A stretch of 63,880 bases of DNA, filler included, from Reticulomyxa filosa (GCA_000512085.1; 21 parts of 21 records of this genome joined end to end with filler, not necessarily neighbours in it), one strand, 5' to 3'; shown: positions 1-13,792, numbered from the whole stretch's first letter. Numbers and translations: made by a program. The notes: a model not told the origin generated them from the sequence alone.

Positions 1-40
1 AGATTTTTGTGCCATACGAAACCTTATTCTTGTATGAAAC

Positions 41-175
41 AAAAATTAAGTTTGAAATAACTCCCTTGACAAAAACAAAATAATAAAAAATTTGTTCGCC
101 GGCACCTTGTGCCGGCGAATATATTTTTTTTTATTTTCTGTTTTTCCCAAGGGAGTTATTTCAAACTTAATTTTT
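41..175. repeat. 135-bp fold-back palindrome (MITE-like)
   Basis: 41-68 AAAAATTAAGTTTGAAATAACTCCCTTG is the exact reverse complement of 148-175. The central stem TTCGCCGGCAC/GTGCCGGCGAA (95-119) has a 3-nt loop. The A-rich and T-rich arms in between also pair. Confidence 0.9.
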
Positions 176-639
176 TATATGTTACTTTAAAACAATGCAT
201 TTGGTCTTTTTTTTATTTTATTGTGAATGTTACTTTTTTTTTTAATTACGAAATTTATAGTTTTATAAATATTTTACATTATTTGACAGAGATGTTGTTA
301 TATATTATGTTGTTTGATTTATAAAGTTATATTGTGATGAGTTTATTTTTTTTATTACTATGTCGTGCCTTTTTTTTTATTGGAAAGATTGTTTAAATAG
401 TATTTCTTTTTTTTTGTGTTTCAAAAGTGAATAAACATGAAAACGGATCAATTAAAGATTGTAATGAGTGTTTAATTGAAAGAGTTGGCAGGATTCATTT
501 TACAAAATGTAATGAAATGAATATTTTGTATATTTTTTATGCTAAAGTGTTATTATTTATGTTACTACCTCATACTGTTTTCATGCTTGAAACATTTTGT
601 TTGTCACCTAAATTACTCAAAAAGAAATAATGATAGTTG

Positions 640-694
640 TGGTATTAGTTTGTGATATGGTTCAAACAATGGTCCTATTCGTATTTGGGGATAG
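640..694 (+). pseudogene. Remnant of the C-terminus of the lineage-specific WD40 family
   Basis: Reads ..YGSNNGPIRIWG*, matching the end of the WD40 ORF at 33824 (LCYGLIEGQIRIWG*). Upstream sequence is decayed. Confidence 0.55.
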
Positions 695-1180
695 ACTGTC
701 TTCCAGTAAAAAAATTTTAGCTGATTTGATTTTTTGATTAAATTAAATGAAATAAATTTTTCTCCAACAAATCACATCACATTTCAAGCATTTCTTTTTT
801 CTCATTAACCAACTCAAAAACGTACTGCTAACTGGAATGCTTCTTCAATCAATCGATAATTTTATTTGTTTATAAAATAACAACTTTTTATTCTTTTTAG
901 TTTTCGTTTGCACTTGTCTTTAGCCGTTGAGAAAAGTAGCAATGAAAATCAAGGTAATGTTGAAAATATTTTTACATTTTTTTTGTCATTATTATTTTGT
1001 TCAAGATTATTTTATGTTTGTGTTTGTTGTTTTGTGAAAAAATGCAGGTTGTAGAAATCAAGGGAAAGGATCATATATGGAGATTTCTTTTATAACTATT
1101 ATAATTGTTTTGTTGCTGAATTGATACAATTGTATTGCCATCTATCATTAAAATTTGCGGGATCTTGTTTTCAAATTTAG

Positions 1181-2569
1181 GATAAGAATTTGAAACATGA
1201 TGAACAACATGTTCGCAAATCTTGTGTTGATTTGCTGGCAGTAACATCTATGGAATGGAGTCAAACACAATTAGATTATTTTATTAAATATTTGATAAAA
1301 AATGGATCTACAGATGATAAAGAAGTTTTTTGTTCATATGAACAAGCAATTCAAAAACTTGTACAGTTGCAATTGACGTCGGATGAAAAACCGGATGGTG
1401 TTTTCGGCCATTTGAAAGAGATGCTTGATAGTGAATTTTTTTTGCACTCTTATACAAAATTTATTGGAGAAATAACAATAAAATTGGATGAAACACAATT
1501 GGAATGTTTGATCAAAAAATTGAATGATAAGAACAAAGATAGTTCAGTTCGTATTTCATGTGCAAAATCCCTTGGAGCAATAGCAATCAACTTGAAAAAA
1601 GGACAAGCAAATGTAAGCCAATTGAAAGATATAATAAATGTTTTGATGAATAGCATGGACGACGAAGAGGAAGTTTGGAGTAATCATTGTGCATACATGT
1701 TCCAAGAATTGTTACTGCAATTGAAAAAGGACACAGAGGAACAGATTCGTATGTTACAACAATTTAATTGTTTTTTTTAAATTTATGGAAGAAAATTTGA
1801 ACAAAAAGGATATACACACTTCGTATACGCAAATGCTAGAAACAATATCCTCGAAATTGAATGAACAACAAATGATTAAGGCAGTCAAATTTCTGTCAAA
1901 TGAATCTAAAATCAAAGGCAATGAGATTTGTGACTCGTGTGTAAAATCCCTTCAAATAATAACATCGAAGTGGAACTTAGATAATGATCAATGGTTTCCA
2001 CAAATAAATGATCTTTTGGAAGGCCTGAAAAGCAAAGATAAGAAGGAACGTGAAGGTTCACATCGAATATTATCAGGGATACCAAATGATAAATGGAGAC
2101 ACTTAACAATCACTGTGTTGAAAAATAAAAAAATTGATTTGGAACTGCTGGCACTTGGTTTGTGGAAATATAGTCAATTCAGCCAAAATGACATTGGCAA
2201 CAACAGCGATGCTTTTAATAAATTGGAGGAATATTACGAAGAATAGACTCAAGAAATTGAATTTTCCACTTCAATGGACCTGTAATAACGATGACACTTC
2301 CAATAAAAAATCAAGATCGAATGATAAGTCACAGTCGTGTTGATGCTGATAATGCACTCGATAAAAATGAACAATCTTTTAAATCTGTCATCAAACTCTT
2401 TTCAAAGAAGAACACAGATAAAGAGGAAAAAGAGAAAGAATGTAAACAAATATTGAAGAAACCAATAGTGTATTCACTGACAGAAATTAAAGATGCCGTT
2501 GATTGTGTCAAAAAAAAAATTGAAGTATTGCCAGCAAAGTCGTCGATGAAAGCTATCAGGCATTGCTAG
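1181..2569 (+). pseudogene. HEAT/ARM-like helical repeat protein, fragmented
   Basis: HEAT-like units (DEQHVRKSCVDLL, DKDSSVRISCAKSLGAIA) are spread over three ORFs. One break lies in a T run at 1770-1778 and there are further stops, so it is a pseudogene or contains sequencing errors. Confidence 0.6.
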
Positions 2570-3189
2570 TAGAAGGCGTATCTCCCTTATTGGAGATGAG
2601 TCAAGAAAAATTAAAACAAATTTAAATCAGAAATGATGAATTTTATTCGGCAATCAGCCGAAATATTAACTTCCTCATCTACAATTCTCATTATACATTG
2701 TGCAGCCTGCAATTTGTATAATTCCAGCCAGTAACAAACGAACGTTTGTTTAAAAGTAATTTAATACTACAAAAATTGCAACATTTTAGTTTTTTCAATG
2801 ATTCAATAAGACTTTAAAAACCAAAAAAAAAAAAAACTGGTTCTGTTTGGAGAGTGAAAAATCAATATCAGAAATAACAATAAATTTAATTGTGTTCCTT
2901 AGACAAAATTCTCATAACCCTTTCATGTTACATTCAACGTGCAATATTTCTTCATTGCTTTTCCATGTTTTTGTGATGTTATTAATTATCATTGCGTGTT
3001 TTATTTTGTAGCATTGCTATGTTGTTGGCCCAATAATCTTTGAATAGATATGTATAATTCGCTTGGTAGTGAATTATAGATTTTTATTTGTACAGTTTGC
3101 AGAACATTTCTAAACATTATTTTCTATCTCCTCAAAACAGAGGGGTTCGGACATTCAGTATCGTAAAGCTCAAAACAAAAATATTGAAA

Positions 3190-4537
3190 ATGAAGAGTGC
3201 TTTTCCACAAAGGACAATAAGACAAATCGATCAAATCACAAGCTCTGAACAAAGATCTAACAAGCCGAAGAAGGAAAAGTTAAAATATGTGAAGTCCTTT
3301 AAATAAAAAAAGTAGATACAAGTTAATGACAAAAAAAAGGTGTCGAAAATGTGGAGAACGACAAAAGAAAACATTACTTTTGGTAATATTTCCTATGTTT
3401 ATAAATGTGCTGCCATGGCAAAGAAAGAATCGAGCATTGAAATTATCACAAACAAAAAACATTAAAAGGCAGGGGAAAAAATAGATTTGATTTTGGAAAA
3501 TTGGCTTACGTCATCATTTATCTATTTGGGATGGATTAAAGAATTTAATTTGATTATTGCAAACTATGTTAAATTGTTGTTTCTATATATCAGTTGTTTT
3601 TTTTTTTTTTTTTTGGCAAAGTAGAAAAATGCGTTAATGAATAACATCTAAACAGGCTAAAGCCTTTGTACAATTAAAGACTATTCATCAAGCCTCTGTT
3701 CGAAGTGTAAAATTTTCTCCAAGTTGTACCAGAATTGTATCATCATCGTGTGATCAAATGGTTCGAATATGGGATGTTACATCAGGAAAAGAAATACATG
3801 TTTTGCAAGGGCATTCTGGTTGGGTGAATGATGCTACGTTTTCACCAGATGAAAGCATGGTTGCATCGTGCTCAGAAGATGATTCAATTCGGTTATGGGA
3901 TGTATGTTCTGCAAAGCAAATTCGTATATTAGATGGACATTCTGATTACGTGACGGGATGTCAATTTTCACCTGATGGACAAACTCTTGTGTCATGTTCA
4001 TGGGATAAAACAATCCGATTATGGAGTGTGAAATCTGGACAAGAATTGCAAACAATGAAGGGAGGACACATCAATTGGGTAAATGATGTTCAATTTTCTC
4101 CAAATGGACAGTTTATTGTTTCATCATCAAGTGACAAAACCATTATTATATGGGATGTCAAATCAGGTGAAAGGATAAAGAAAATAAGAGGCCATGTCGG
4201 CTCTGTATGGAGTGCAAAATATTCTCCCGATGGTCTTTCGCTTGTGTCTTGCTCGGCTGATAATACAATTCGGATATGGGATATCAACTCCGGAAAGGAA
4301 GTAACAAAATTGATCGGACATCCCGATTCAGTAAAAGACGTCATGTTCTCGTCAGACGGACAAACTATTTTGTCATGTTCAGTGGATAAAACAATTCGAT
4401 GGTGGGATATAAAATCGAGAAACCAAATACAAACGTTAGAGGGACATTTGGATACTGTAATTGGGATAGATTTTTCATCGGATGATGACATCATTGTATC
4501 CTGTTCTCGTGATGGAACAATACGATTATGGGGATGA
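3190..4537 (+). CDS. WD40-repeat beta-propeller protein (about 7 repeats) with a lineage-specific N-terminal motif, multi-exon
   Basis: Repeated GH...FSPDG...S.S.D.TIR.WD units. Intron 3568-3655 (GT..AG) joins ENWLTSSFIYLGWIKEFNLIIANY in frame to the WD40 exon. The 5' exons are approximate. Confidence 0.9.
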
Positions 4538-4620
4538 CGAAAACAAACTAATACACAAATATATTTATATTTTTTAAAAGTTTGATTTTGATCACTTTTG
4601 ATCGAGTGTGCAAAAACAAC

Positions 4621-4720
4621 NNNNNNNNNNNNNNNNNNNNNNNNNNNNNNNNNNNNNNNNNNNNTTAATTAATTAANNNNNNNNNNNNNNNNNNNNNNNN
4701 NNNNNNNNNNNNNNNNNNNN
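4621..4720. other. Artificial contig spacer N44-TTAATTAATTAA-N44 (first of 20)
   Basis: Identical 100-bp blocks start at 4621, 8121, 16985, 18648, 22120, 23479, 25210, 27707, 29389, 30550, 37272, 40824, 42623, 43876, 47547, 50008, 53004, 54248, 59095 and 60948. The core places stops in all six frames. Adjacency across spacers is not genomic. Confidence 0.99.
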
Positions 4721-4870
4721 AAAAAAAAAAGGTCAAAACCTAGCTTTTTTTTACGAACAAGCGTTGAGTGGCAGCCAAACTATTCAATGAATAAATATAC
4801 GCTGTGACGGAGACGTATCGTCGACCTTTTTTACCAGCTTTTTAAAAAAGATTGAAGTTTAATTTTCAGG

Positions 4871-6989
4871 ATGTTCATGTTTTACCATGTTGCTTGTGTA
4901 TTGTTTTTATTTTCACGACAACAAGTTAGGGCAGATCCATACCTTCCAACCTTTCATTTCGTACCATCACCAGAAGGATGGATGAACGACCCAAGTTACG
5001 TGCTTTGTTACTTGGCACTGTGGTTCTTTATGTTGGACAGCTGATTTTCATATTGTGGTGTTGATTAGATGGCCCCTTCTACGACCCAGTGTTCAATTTG
5101 TACCATCTCTTTTTCCAATATCAAACCCCTCGAGTCTGGGGACACGCAATTTCGACAAATCTATTGGAATGGTCCAATTGTTTCGTGTATTTGTTTTTGA
5201 AGTATTCTAACATCAACAAAACGCATGATTTTGCAAGATAATAAAAAGGGAGGGCCGGGCAATATGGAATATGTGGAATGGGGGGGGGGAAAATAGTGCC
5301 CATAGCGATTAGTAATGATGAGCCATACAATATTGGTGGAGTATGGACAGGAAGCACAACAATAGTGGCAAACAATGGAAATAGTGACCTCTATGTACTA
5401 TATTCGGTGAGTACGAACAATATGATATGTTTGGCATGGCCAAAAGACCGAAGTGACCCAAATTTGATGGTTTGGATGAACGACCCGAACAACTGTATTC
5501 TCAATGCAAGCAGAGACAGTTCTCCAGTTAATGAAACGCGCCAAACAATTGATTGGCGTGTAAAAATACACTGCACCTTTTCAAGTATTTCCATATTCGA
5601 AACAAATCAACAACGTTATAAACAAGAAGAATGAAATGAGCATTATATATGTATAATATTAAACTATAGAATGGTCGTGATCCGACTACGGCGTGGACAC
5701 ATTCGAACAATCCGAATGAATATTACTTTGCGTATGGCACCAATATCGATAACGGCAAGGGTGGTGCTGCCGTTGTGTACAAGAGTGGCAATTGGACATC
5801 AAACTCGGATTGGACCAATGCTGGGTATTTGTACAGTTCCAATATTTCTGGAAATTTCGAGTGCCCTGATTTTTTCCTTTGCCCTTTTCGACGTCTCTGG
5901 CGTCACTCATGTCTTCAAAGCTAGTCTCGACGAAACTCAGACGGTTTGTTTGTTTTTTTTTTTTTTTTTGCTTACTGTTATTGTAATAAAAGCAAAAAAC
6001 AAATAGGATCATTGGCTATTGGGGACCTATGACGAAACAATGGTGAAGTTTGATCCATTTGGCAGTAACACTTGCCAACATGATATCACATGCAAAAGCC
6101 AGTTGCTGGACTACGGAAGGCCCTTTTACGCTTCAAAGTCATTTTTTGATAGTCGAAACAATCGACAGATTTTGTGGGCTTGGATCAAGGAAGAAAGACC
6201 TGTTGGAGACAATGGACAAGTTCAACAATACTGTTGTGCTTATTTGTAATGATATTGTTGTTGTGTTGTTTCTCAACGAGAAAAGAGAAAACAAATAAAG
6301 AAATAATCAATTATATACACAAAATAAATGCTTAAAAAATTTTTAAAAAAAAGCCATATGGTTGGGCTGGCATAATGAGTCTACCCCGAGTGCTTCAAGT
6401 TGATGAAACAAACACTTCGTATCCTCGATTGACTTCCTCCGTAATTCCCGAATTTGGCGATATATTGCATGATCCAGACTCCTTTGCCCAAATTCAGGAT
6501 ATGGTTGTGTTGAATACTACACAGTTTTTGTCACCGGAATTGGTGTATGGAAATGAGTTGGATGTGGAAATCATTGTGGAACCGTGTTTATGTGAATGTG
6601 GAATATATGTATTAAGTGACGGACATGCAATGACCGAATTTACCAAAATTGGGGTAGTTTTTCAACAAAACACTGTATATGTCAATACTGAAAACTCGTC
6701 GTTGGATAATTCAACGTACAAAGGACAAGACCAAATCTATGTTCATAATTGGAATGGAAATACTGAGAATATTAAACTGAGAGTGATTATTGACCATTCA
6801 ATTATCGAAGTATTTGTCAACAATGGAATCAATGTTATCACCGAAAGGGTTTATCCGACGTTGTCTTCTTCCTTGAATGTTGGTTTATATGCTAACAATG
6901 GCAACTGTATTTTCAAAACAATTCAAGCATGGAACGTAAATGCTATTTTTGATAATATTGCGTCGCCACCAGATGTCAAAGAAAAGTAA
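4871..6989 (+). CDS. Glycoside hydrolase family 32 (invertase/inulinase), probably secreted; 6 exons
   Basis: Spliced motifs WMNDPNG, RDP, ECPDF, YASKSFFD, GWAGIMSLPR and IDHSIIEVF. Introns at 4995-5068, 5180-5296, 5527-5669, 5944-6006 and 6220-6353. One extra base near the T run at about 5870 is probably a homopolymer error. The N-terminus is hydrophobic. Confidence 0.95.
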
Positions 6990-7727
6990 TATTGCAAAAT
7001 GCAACAGTAACGACATGTCACAAATTCGTTTACAATTTTCCTTAACTTATTTTGCATTGGTAAAGTTTTTTGACTGCTGTATGTTAAAACAAAAATACAA
7101 TGTGCCTTGTTTGGGAATATTAATTTAATATTGACTTTACTCAATAATTAAAACATATTATGAACAAGACAGAATAAGATCATCAGATTTACAAAAACAA
7201 ACGTTTAAAAATTGAAATTAATCAAATAAATTATTCAACAAACGAATTTTAGTTATTTGTAAAATGGTGTACTAGTTAAATCAACCACTTTGCTTTTTTC
7301 AAAAAGAAAACATACTCAATCGAAATCTTTGAAGACGAAACATTTTTTTTTGGCTTAAAACACTTTTTTAACCAGTTAAAAACAAAAACCTACAAAAAAA
7401 GCCAACAATACAAAAGAAAAATCCGGCGAGTCTTCACATTTATTGAACAAACATTTTGACGCCGCTTATCGAGCCGGACATATGTGAAGTTATGAATGGA
7501 GACACTTTCAGTTAGAACCCAACGAAAAACCACACCTCATTTATTTCAAAGGAAACAAACAGTAGCATATAATAAAAAAATAAAAAAGAACAACCATCAA
7601 AAAAAAAAAAAAATAAATAAAACAAAATAAAAAAAGAAAAGAAGTAACAACAGTAAATACGGATGGTTGCTTAAAAAAAAAACAAAAAAAGTAAAATAAA
7701 AAATATACACCCAAGCACTGATTCAGA

Positions 7728-8120
7728 TTAATAGTAAGGCACTCCAAACAATTGAAGCTCTTTGACCACATATCGACAGCCTTGTCTTTCTCCAAAATTT
7801 TGCAAAAAAGACAACCTCACAAATCGAAAACCAGTTTTGGGTATATCCGATCCGATAGGCCCTCGAACTTCTAACGTCTGACCAGTTTTCACTTGTTTCA
7901 AGCGAATTTCACGAGGTTCACAAGGTTGCCAGCGTATTGGAGAATCTTGCCGAGAGTTGAGATAATAGTCATTGGTTACATCCAGTTGAACGATTTTTGG
8001 TGCTTGTGCGTCACCATTTGTTTGAATATACATATTCATCAAGCTTTTATATGCATATTTATTTGCACACTCAAAGACAATCCAATCAGGTTCATTTTCA
8101 TCTTTGAATTCTGTATTCAA
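7728..8120 (-). CDS. C-terminal discoidin/galactose-binding-like domain (5'-truncated)
   Basis: WIVFEC...FRFVRLSFLQNFG...VVKELQLFG matches the F5/8C (discoidin)-like beta-sandwich pattern. Confidence 0.55.
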   Translation of the reverse strand: MNTEFKDENEPDWIVFECANKYAYKSLMNMYIQTNGDAQAPKIVQLDVTNDYYLNSRQDSPIRWQPCEPREIRLKQVKTGQTLEVRGPIGSDIPKTGFRFVRLSFLQNFGERQGCRYVVKELQLFGVPYY

Positions 8121-8220
8121 NNNNNNNNNNNNNNNNNNNNNNNNNNNNNNNNNNNNNNNNNNNNTTAATTAATTAANNNNNNNNNNNNNNNNNNNNNNNN
8201 NNNNNNNNNNNNNNNNNNNN

Positions 8221-9576
8221 CTCTTCTAATATGTACGATAATAATGCACGTAATAATAAAAAAAAAAACAAAACATAGTAAATTTTCCATGGTGAATTCA
8301 CTGGTAACGTGTTGAACAAACGCACTGAACAATTGCCTGTTGTCAAAAATGTCTTGGAGCGACAGCGTACTCAATTTTTGTGATTGACTCACCCAAGTCT
8401 CGACGGTATCGAATTTTGTTGCTTTGGCAATTTCATCTTTGTTATTGTTGTCAAGAGGAGGAGAAGAAAACACGGAAGAGACAGTGTGAGCTTGCGATGG
8501 TATTTCCAAAAAGTGTTGTCTCAGAACGGGCTTGTGAGTCGTAAATGGCGCCACCATCTCGAGATTCGTTTCGGCACGCGATATAATATGTGATGACGTT
8601 TGAGTTTTTTCGACGTGATGCAAGAGATCGGGATTGAGAATTTCGGAATGTTCGTTATTATTGTTACTGTTATTATTATCATTATTATTATCATTATTAT
8701 CATTATTATCATTATCATTATTATTACTATTATTGTTATTATTCATATTACTGTCATTATCATCAGTGCTATGTGCTCGAGTAATTTCATCAGAGAAGGG
8801 ACTGACAAGGGAGTTTGCGCGATGTCCCTCTGTAACAGCGAGTTTGTGTGAGACGGTATTGACAGAATTGATACGTACAAGAGAAGAAGAAGAAGAAGAA
8901 AAAAAAGAAAGAGGACGAGAAGAGGAGGGTTGAAAAGCATATTGCTTTTGTTTGGTGACGGTCAAGTCAATGCGTTGCATTGTCATCCAATGCTTCATGG
9001 GCACTTTTTGGACCACACGTATAACCATATGTGTGCAGATGAACAAGATGGAATGCCCCCAGCTCATCATTACAGCGCAGTAGCAAATGTACTGCAAAGC
9101 CAAGCTGTTGTAAGTATTGGCACTATTCTCTTGTCGTCTGCTCGTGGTACGTATGGTACTATAATTTGTCAGGAAAGAAAAATAGAACCACAAAATCGCA
9201 TACACTGCTCCGTTCCCTACGGTTGCGATGGTAATCATTTTCATCTCCAAGATCATCTCAAAAGTGTCCAGCATTTTCGATGGACTCCACCGGATGAAGA
9301 AAACAAATGACGCTAGTAATATCGGCAACATGCTAAACAGTTCTAAACACATGTGCGCCGGCCAGCCACTGTTCGTCTCAATCGCCACTGCCCACATAAT
9401 CGTGCTGAATACCACAAACACTACAAACAATCGTGGCATCCACCATTTTATGCTCCCCAAACGATGGCGATTTCGCAAGAAATAATTCTTTTTCATCTCC
9501 TCTTGCTCCTCTGTCAATGACACTGCACTTATATTCAATATCAATACTGCATTTACATTGCTGTCCCCGTTCACTT

Positions 9577-9609
<33 letters not shown>

Positions 9610-10046
9610 CTTAGCGTTTTTGGGGATTTATCACACAAAACGTATACAAAACAAAGCGAGTTTCGAAAATGCATTTCCACTAGCGCTTGATGATATTTCG
9701 CGTCGTAGTACAATAAATAAGTTCTCAAAAAAATCAACAGCAAAGCTGGGAAATTAATGATCATATACGGGAAAAAAATTACGTATTCTGGAATTTTATA
9801 TTCCGGGTTCAGCAAGACCAAGGTCACTAAAATATAAGGAATGTGAAATGTGTTGAATACCAACAAAATCCAACAAAATGGAATCAACAACTTTGGGTAA
9901 CGCTTTTGAACTGCCAAATGATTGGAGTATTTTTGCAGCCTGATTATTCCATATACATGATAAGGACACAACACGAGCACGCTCAGCGCTATGTAAGCTA
10001 ACGCTAGCACGTCGTATGCTGACCGTATATTTATTGATTTTACCAT
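8221..10046 (-). CDS. 7TM-RGS fusion protein (3'-truncated)
   Basis: About 7 hydrophobic segments, then an Asn/Asp-rich linker, then an RGS-box start (LQDIFDNRQLFSAFVQHVTSEFTMENLLCF). Intron 9574-9652 joins the two ORFs in frame. Confidence 0.85.
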
Positions 10047-10362
10047 TCAGCAAATCTTTTTTGAAAAAAGAGAGATCCTCTTTATCTTTCGTCGCAAAAT
10101 CAAATCCAACTCTTTTTTTTGTCGTTGTAAATTGTTGCCCTCCTCTCTGCCCCTACTTTTTTTTTTTATAGTTTAAACGACAATTTGTTGTAAGAGTATC
10201 TCAAACACGAACTTAAGCTGCTTTATTGAGAGAGACAGACAAAGTGTTGATAGCATTGAAAAAATACCGTAATTGCTGTTGGCAGCTATGTTTACGGCAG
10301 TGAATCTTTTAGCTCTCCATGCTAAAGCCCTTTGAATAAATAAATTTTAAAAAAAAGGAAGA

Positions 10363-12329
10363 ATGCAAAAAATGCCTTCTTTACTTTGGTGGGGAGGGAG
10401 AGAATCCTCCACTGCACTGAAGCAAGCGAGTGGAATATTTGTGAAGCTATTGATAATAGTGGTGAGTGTGAGCTGGTCGTATCTGTGTCTGGAGTACGTA
10501 CTGAAGAGTAGGGCATTGGACCCATTAGTGAAGTTGGGACACAAGAACCATATAAGTTTGACGTCATACGAGCGTACAAGCGGCCACAAGTCGCACTTGT
10601 TGGTGCAGCACCTGTCAAGCGAGTATGCATTGTTGAAGAGCATGGCGGGACGACGTAAACTAGGCGAAGCCAAAGCAAAGGAAAGCGAAGAAGCAGAAAT
10701 GCAGGAAGCGTATCAAAAAGTAGTGAAAATGACGAACTTTTTCAATAAAATGTACGTAGGGTCGTTGTCAGTCGGCACTCCAGCGCAAGTCTTTTCGCAC
10801 GTTGTGTTCGACACAGGCAGCGCAGATTTGTGGGTGTTATCCGGAGAAAGCGATTCGACGGTCCCCAAAAAGGATTACTTGAAATACTTTTTGCGCAATG
10901 CGTCGTCCACGTACGAGGGCCCCAAAGGCGAATGGGAAATCGACTATGGCACGGGCAGCGCCAGTGGTGACTATGGCAAAGACACTGTCACCTTGACCGC
11001 CACCATTCGATCCGTGAGCTCTTCCGAGACTACCGAACAAGAAGAAACACTCGCCGTCAAAGATCACGTGTTTGGCGAAGCAAAGCAAGTCGAAGACATG
11101 AGCATCAGCGAAACTGAACCGCAGGATGGAATTTGCGGCTTCGCAAGAACCAATGCTTCTTCGATTGACGGTTCACTTTTGTGTTTATACGTAATCACTT
11201 TACATAAACATAAATATTTTTATTTTATACATATACATATATATATATGTATACATGTATATATGTATGTATATATACAATATATAATTCAATTTTTAAG
11301 TGCGAATTTGCGATGTTACTTTAATTTTTTTTTTTGTAAAAAGTTTTTTTTTTTTTTTGAAAAAAATTCTTTTTTTTATTTGTCAAAAAAAACTTGTGTG
11401 CGTATTTGTCACATATAAAAATAACATGTGTGTGCATCATCCAGGCGCGAAAACGCTGACAAGAAACTTGTATTTGCAAGGATTCAATCCATCGAACTTG
11501 TTTTCGTTCTACTTGACTGGGAACCAAGACAAAGGCAGTCGGCTGATACTTGGCAACGATTTGTCCGGCTATTATCACGATCCCATGTATTGGCTGCCAG
11601 TGGAAAATGATTACGGCTATTCCGTGGAAGGTCTATGGGCTTTCAAAGTTCAATCCGTGTCCGTGCACTACAAACACATGTCGGGAAAACATGCCAAACC
11701 AAAAAAGTCTTCGCTATCCTTTTCTTCGCAGCAATTTGCTATTCTCGACACAGGTATTTTTACATACATATATGTGTATGTATTGTTCAAATTACACCCT
11801 TTTTTTTTATTTGTTTGTTAAAAAAAAAAAAAAAAGGTCAACTTATATCGGTGTGCCAGAAGATTATTTTGATACATTGATGTCTTCCATTGTGAAATAC
11901 CGCAGCGATTGCAAACTGAACAGTGACTCAACGTATGTGTGCTCCGACACGGTGAACCCGACTCGATATCTGCCCGTCTTTATCCTCACCGCGGTAACCA
12001 CCGAAGGCGAGGAAGTATCGTTTGAACTGGCCCCGAGTAACTATGTTGACAGTGAAGGCACACTGGGCTTCATGTCTGTATCCACGGGCTTGTGGATTTT
12101 TGGAGACACTTTCTTGGGAGTCTATGTCAGCTCTTATGATGAAAATAACAGCAAAATTGGACTTGCTCAATCTACTTTTATCGAGTCTTTACTACCCGAT
12201 CTCACCAAAACTATCATTATCATCTCTTCTTGTGTCGCTTTTCTTTTATTGAGTTTGGCTTTGTTACGATGCTGGGTTTACAAACGAGTCAAAGCCCCAC
12301 AAGACACTTTGTTGGAAAATTCTTTATAA
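10363..12329 (+). CDS. Pepsin-family (A1) aspartic protease with N- and C-terminal transmembrane segments
   Basis: Motifs VVFDTGSADLW, YGTGSASG, AILDTG/STYI and WIFGDTFL..YD....IGLA. Introns at 11171-11444 and about 11754-11836; the second junction is one base short, likely a G-run error. Confidence 0.93.
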
Positions 12330-12983
12330 TTTGTCTTTTTAGGTTTTTCTTTTTTTTTTTACAGCATGCTTTGCTAGTTTAAATGGAAGGTTACAATTTC
12401 CCTTGAATACAGATATCTTCGAATTTTGGGAAACATTAAACGCCAGTTTGTCATTTTTGTTTGTTTGTCTATTTGTTGTTGTTTTTCTTGGTTGTTTGTT
12501 TGTCACTCGCCCAAGCATTGCTCATTATTTCGATTTCTTTAAGCTCTGGCTAACAGACTTTGTCACAAACAAATAACCATTTTTAAAAAATAATAAATAA
12601 ATGCGCATGTCTAACCATTGTCACGCTGTTATTTTTTTGTTTAGTACATATTTTCAGATTTCATCAGTGTTTAGTTTTAACCTGAGCATTCACTTTTTTA
12701 ACGAACGACAGAAAAGTGAACATTTTCTCGATGCGTAAGCACAAGAGTATTTAAACTTACTCGATTGTAATTCCAAGTCGACAAACAGAAAGTGAAGAAT
12801 AAGATGTAAAAATGCACCAACATTGGAAAAAAGAAATTTTTTTTTTTCTTTTTTTCTCCCCGTTTCTCACGTACTTCAAACCAGGGATAAAGAAATCCAT
12901 ATAAAAAGGGAAAAAAGAAAAGGAAAGTAGAATTCAACAGAATATCCTATACAATATCAAAGCAAAACAAAGGAGAAGTGAAA

Positions 12984-13760
12984 ATGAGATCATATTCAAG
13001 AAAGAGAAACCGCGCGGAGATGGAACGAAGTGTGATCCCGAAGGACATCCCGTTTGAGAAACTAGCGAATTTGCGTTCTCCAATACCGCAAAGCAAATTG
13101 GGAAAGATTAATCGCGACCTAGCAATTTTCCATTATCCAATAGAGAAAGTGTACATAATAAACGGATTGGCAAGAAGCGGGAACCATTTGTTTATATCGT
13201 GGCTGATAAGTGGACTGCCAGAGACGAATGAGCTGGTAGTGTATTTCAATAACGTGAAGACATTTGAGCTGTGTGACATGAAGGCAGTGATGACGCGATT
13301 GTACGACAAAGGGAAAGGCATAGAAAAGTTCGACGCGGCGATAAGTGAGAAGCTGCCGCAATTGTCGGAAGTACGATCATTGTATGAAAGCTACAAGCCG
13401 AATGACAAGTGCGCGAAGCCAATCCCGGTGATGTTGTGGACGTCGGAAAACAAAGACTGTCGACACGTGGATATGATGGCGGACCTGTTTTCGAAAAACG
13501 CCAAGAAAGTGTACAAAGTGATGATTGTGCGAGACATTTTCAACCTCCTGGCGACCAGGCTCAAGTCGGAACATGGCGAGGTGTTCACCAACATGAAGCG
13601 CCATGGCCGCACTCGAGAGCGCAACATGGGATTGGAACACAATCTGGGCAATGTACAGTTGTACGATACCGATCGAATGACGGTTACGTATTGGCTGGAC
13701 AATGTTCGTTTGCTTGATCCTTCTCATTCTTTCTTTGCCACTGGCAATAATAATGATGAC

Positions 13761-13792
<32 letters not shown>

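Noticed and set aside
95-135. Rho-independent terminator (GC hairpin plus T run)
   Set aside because: The context is eukaryotic, and the hairpin is the centre of a larger 135-bp palindrome.
11754-11837. Non-AG acceptor in the second intron of the aspartic protease
   Set aside because: A single missing G after a long A run explains the frame, and homopolymer errors are common throughout.
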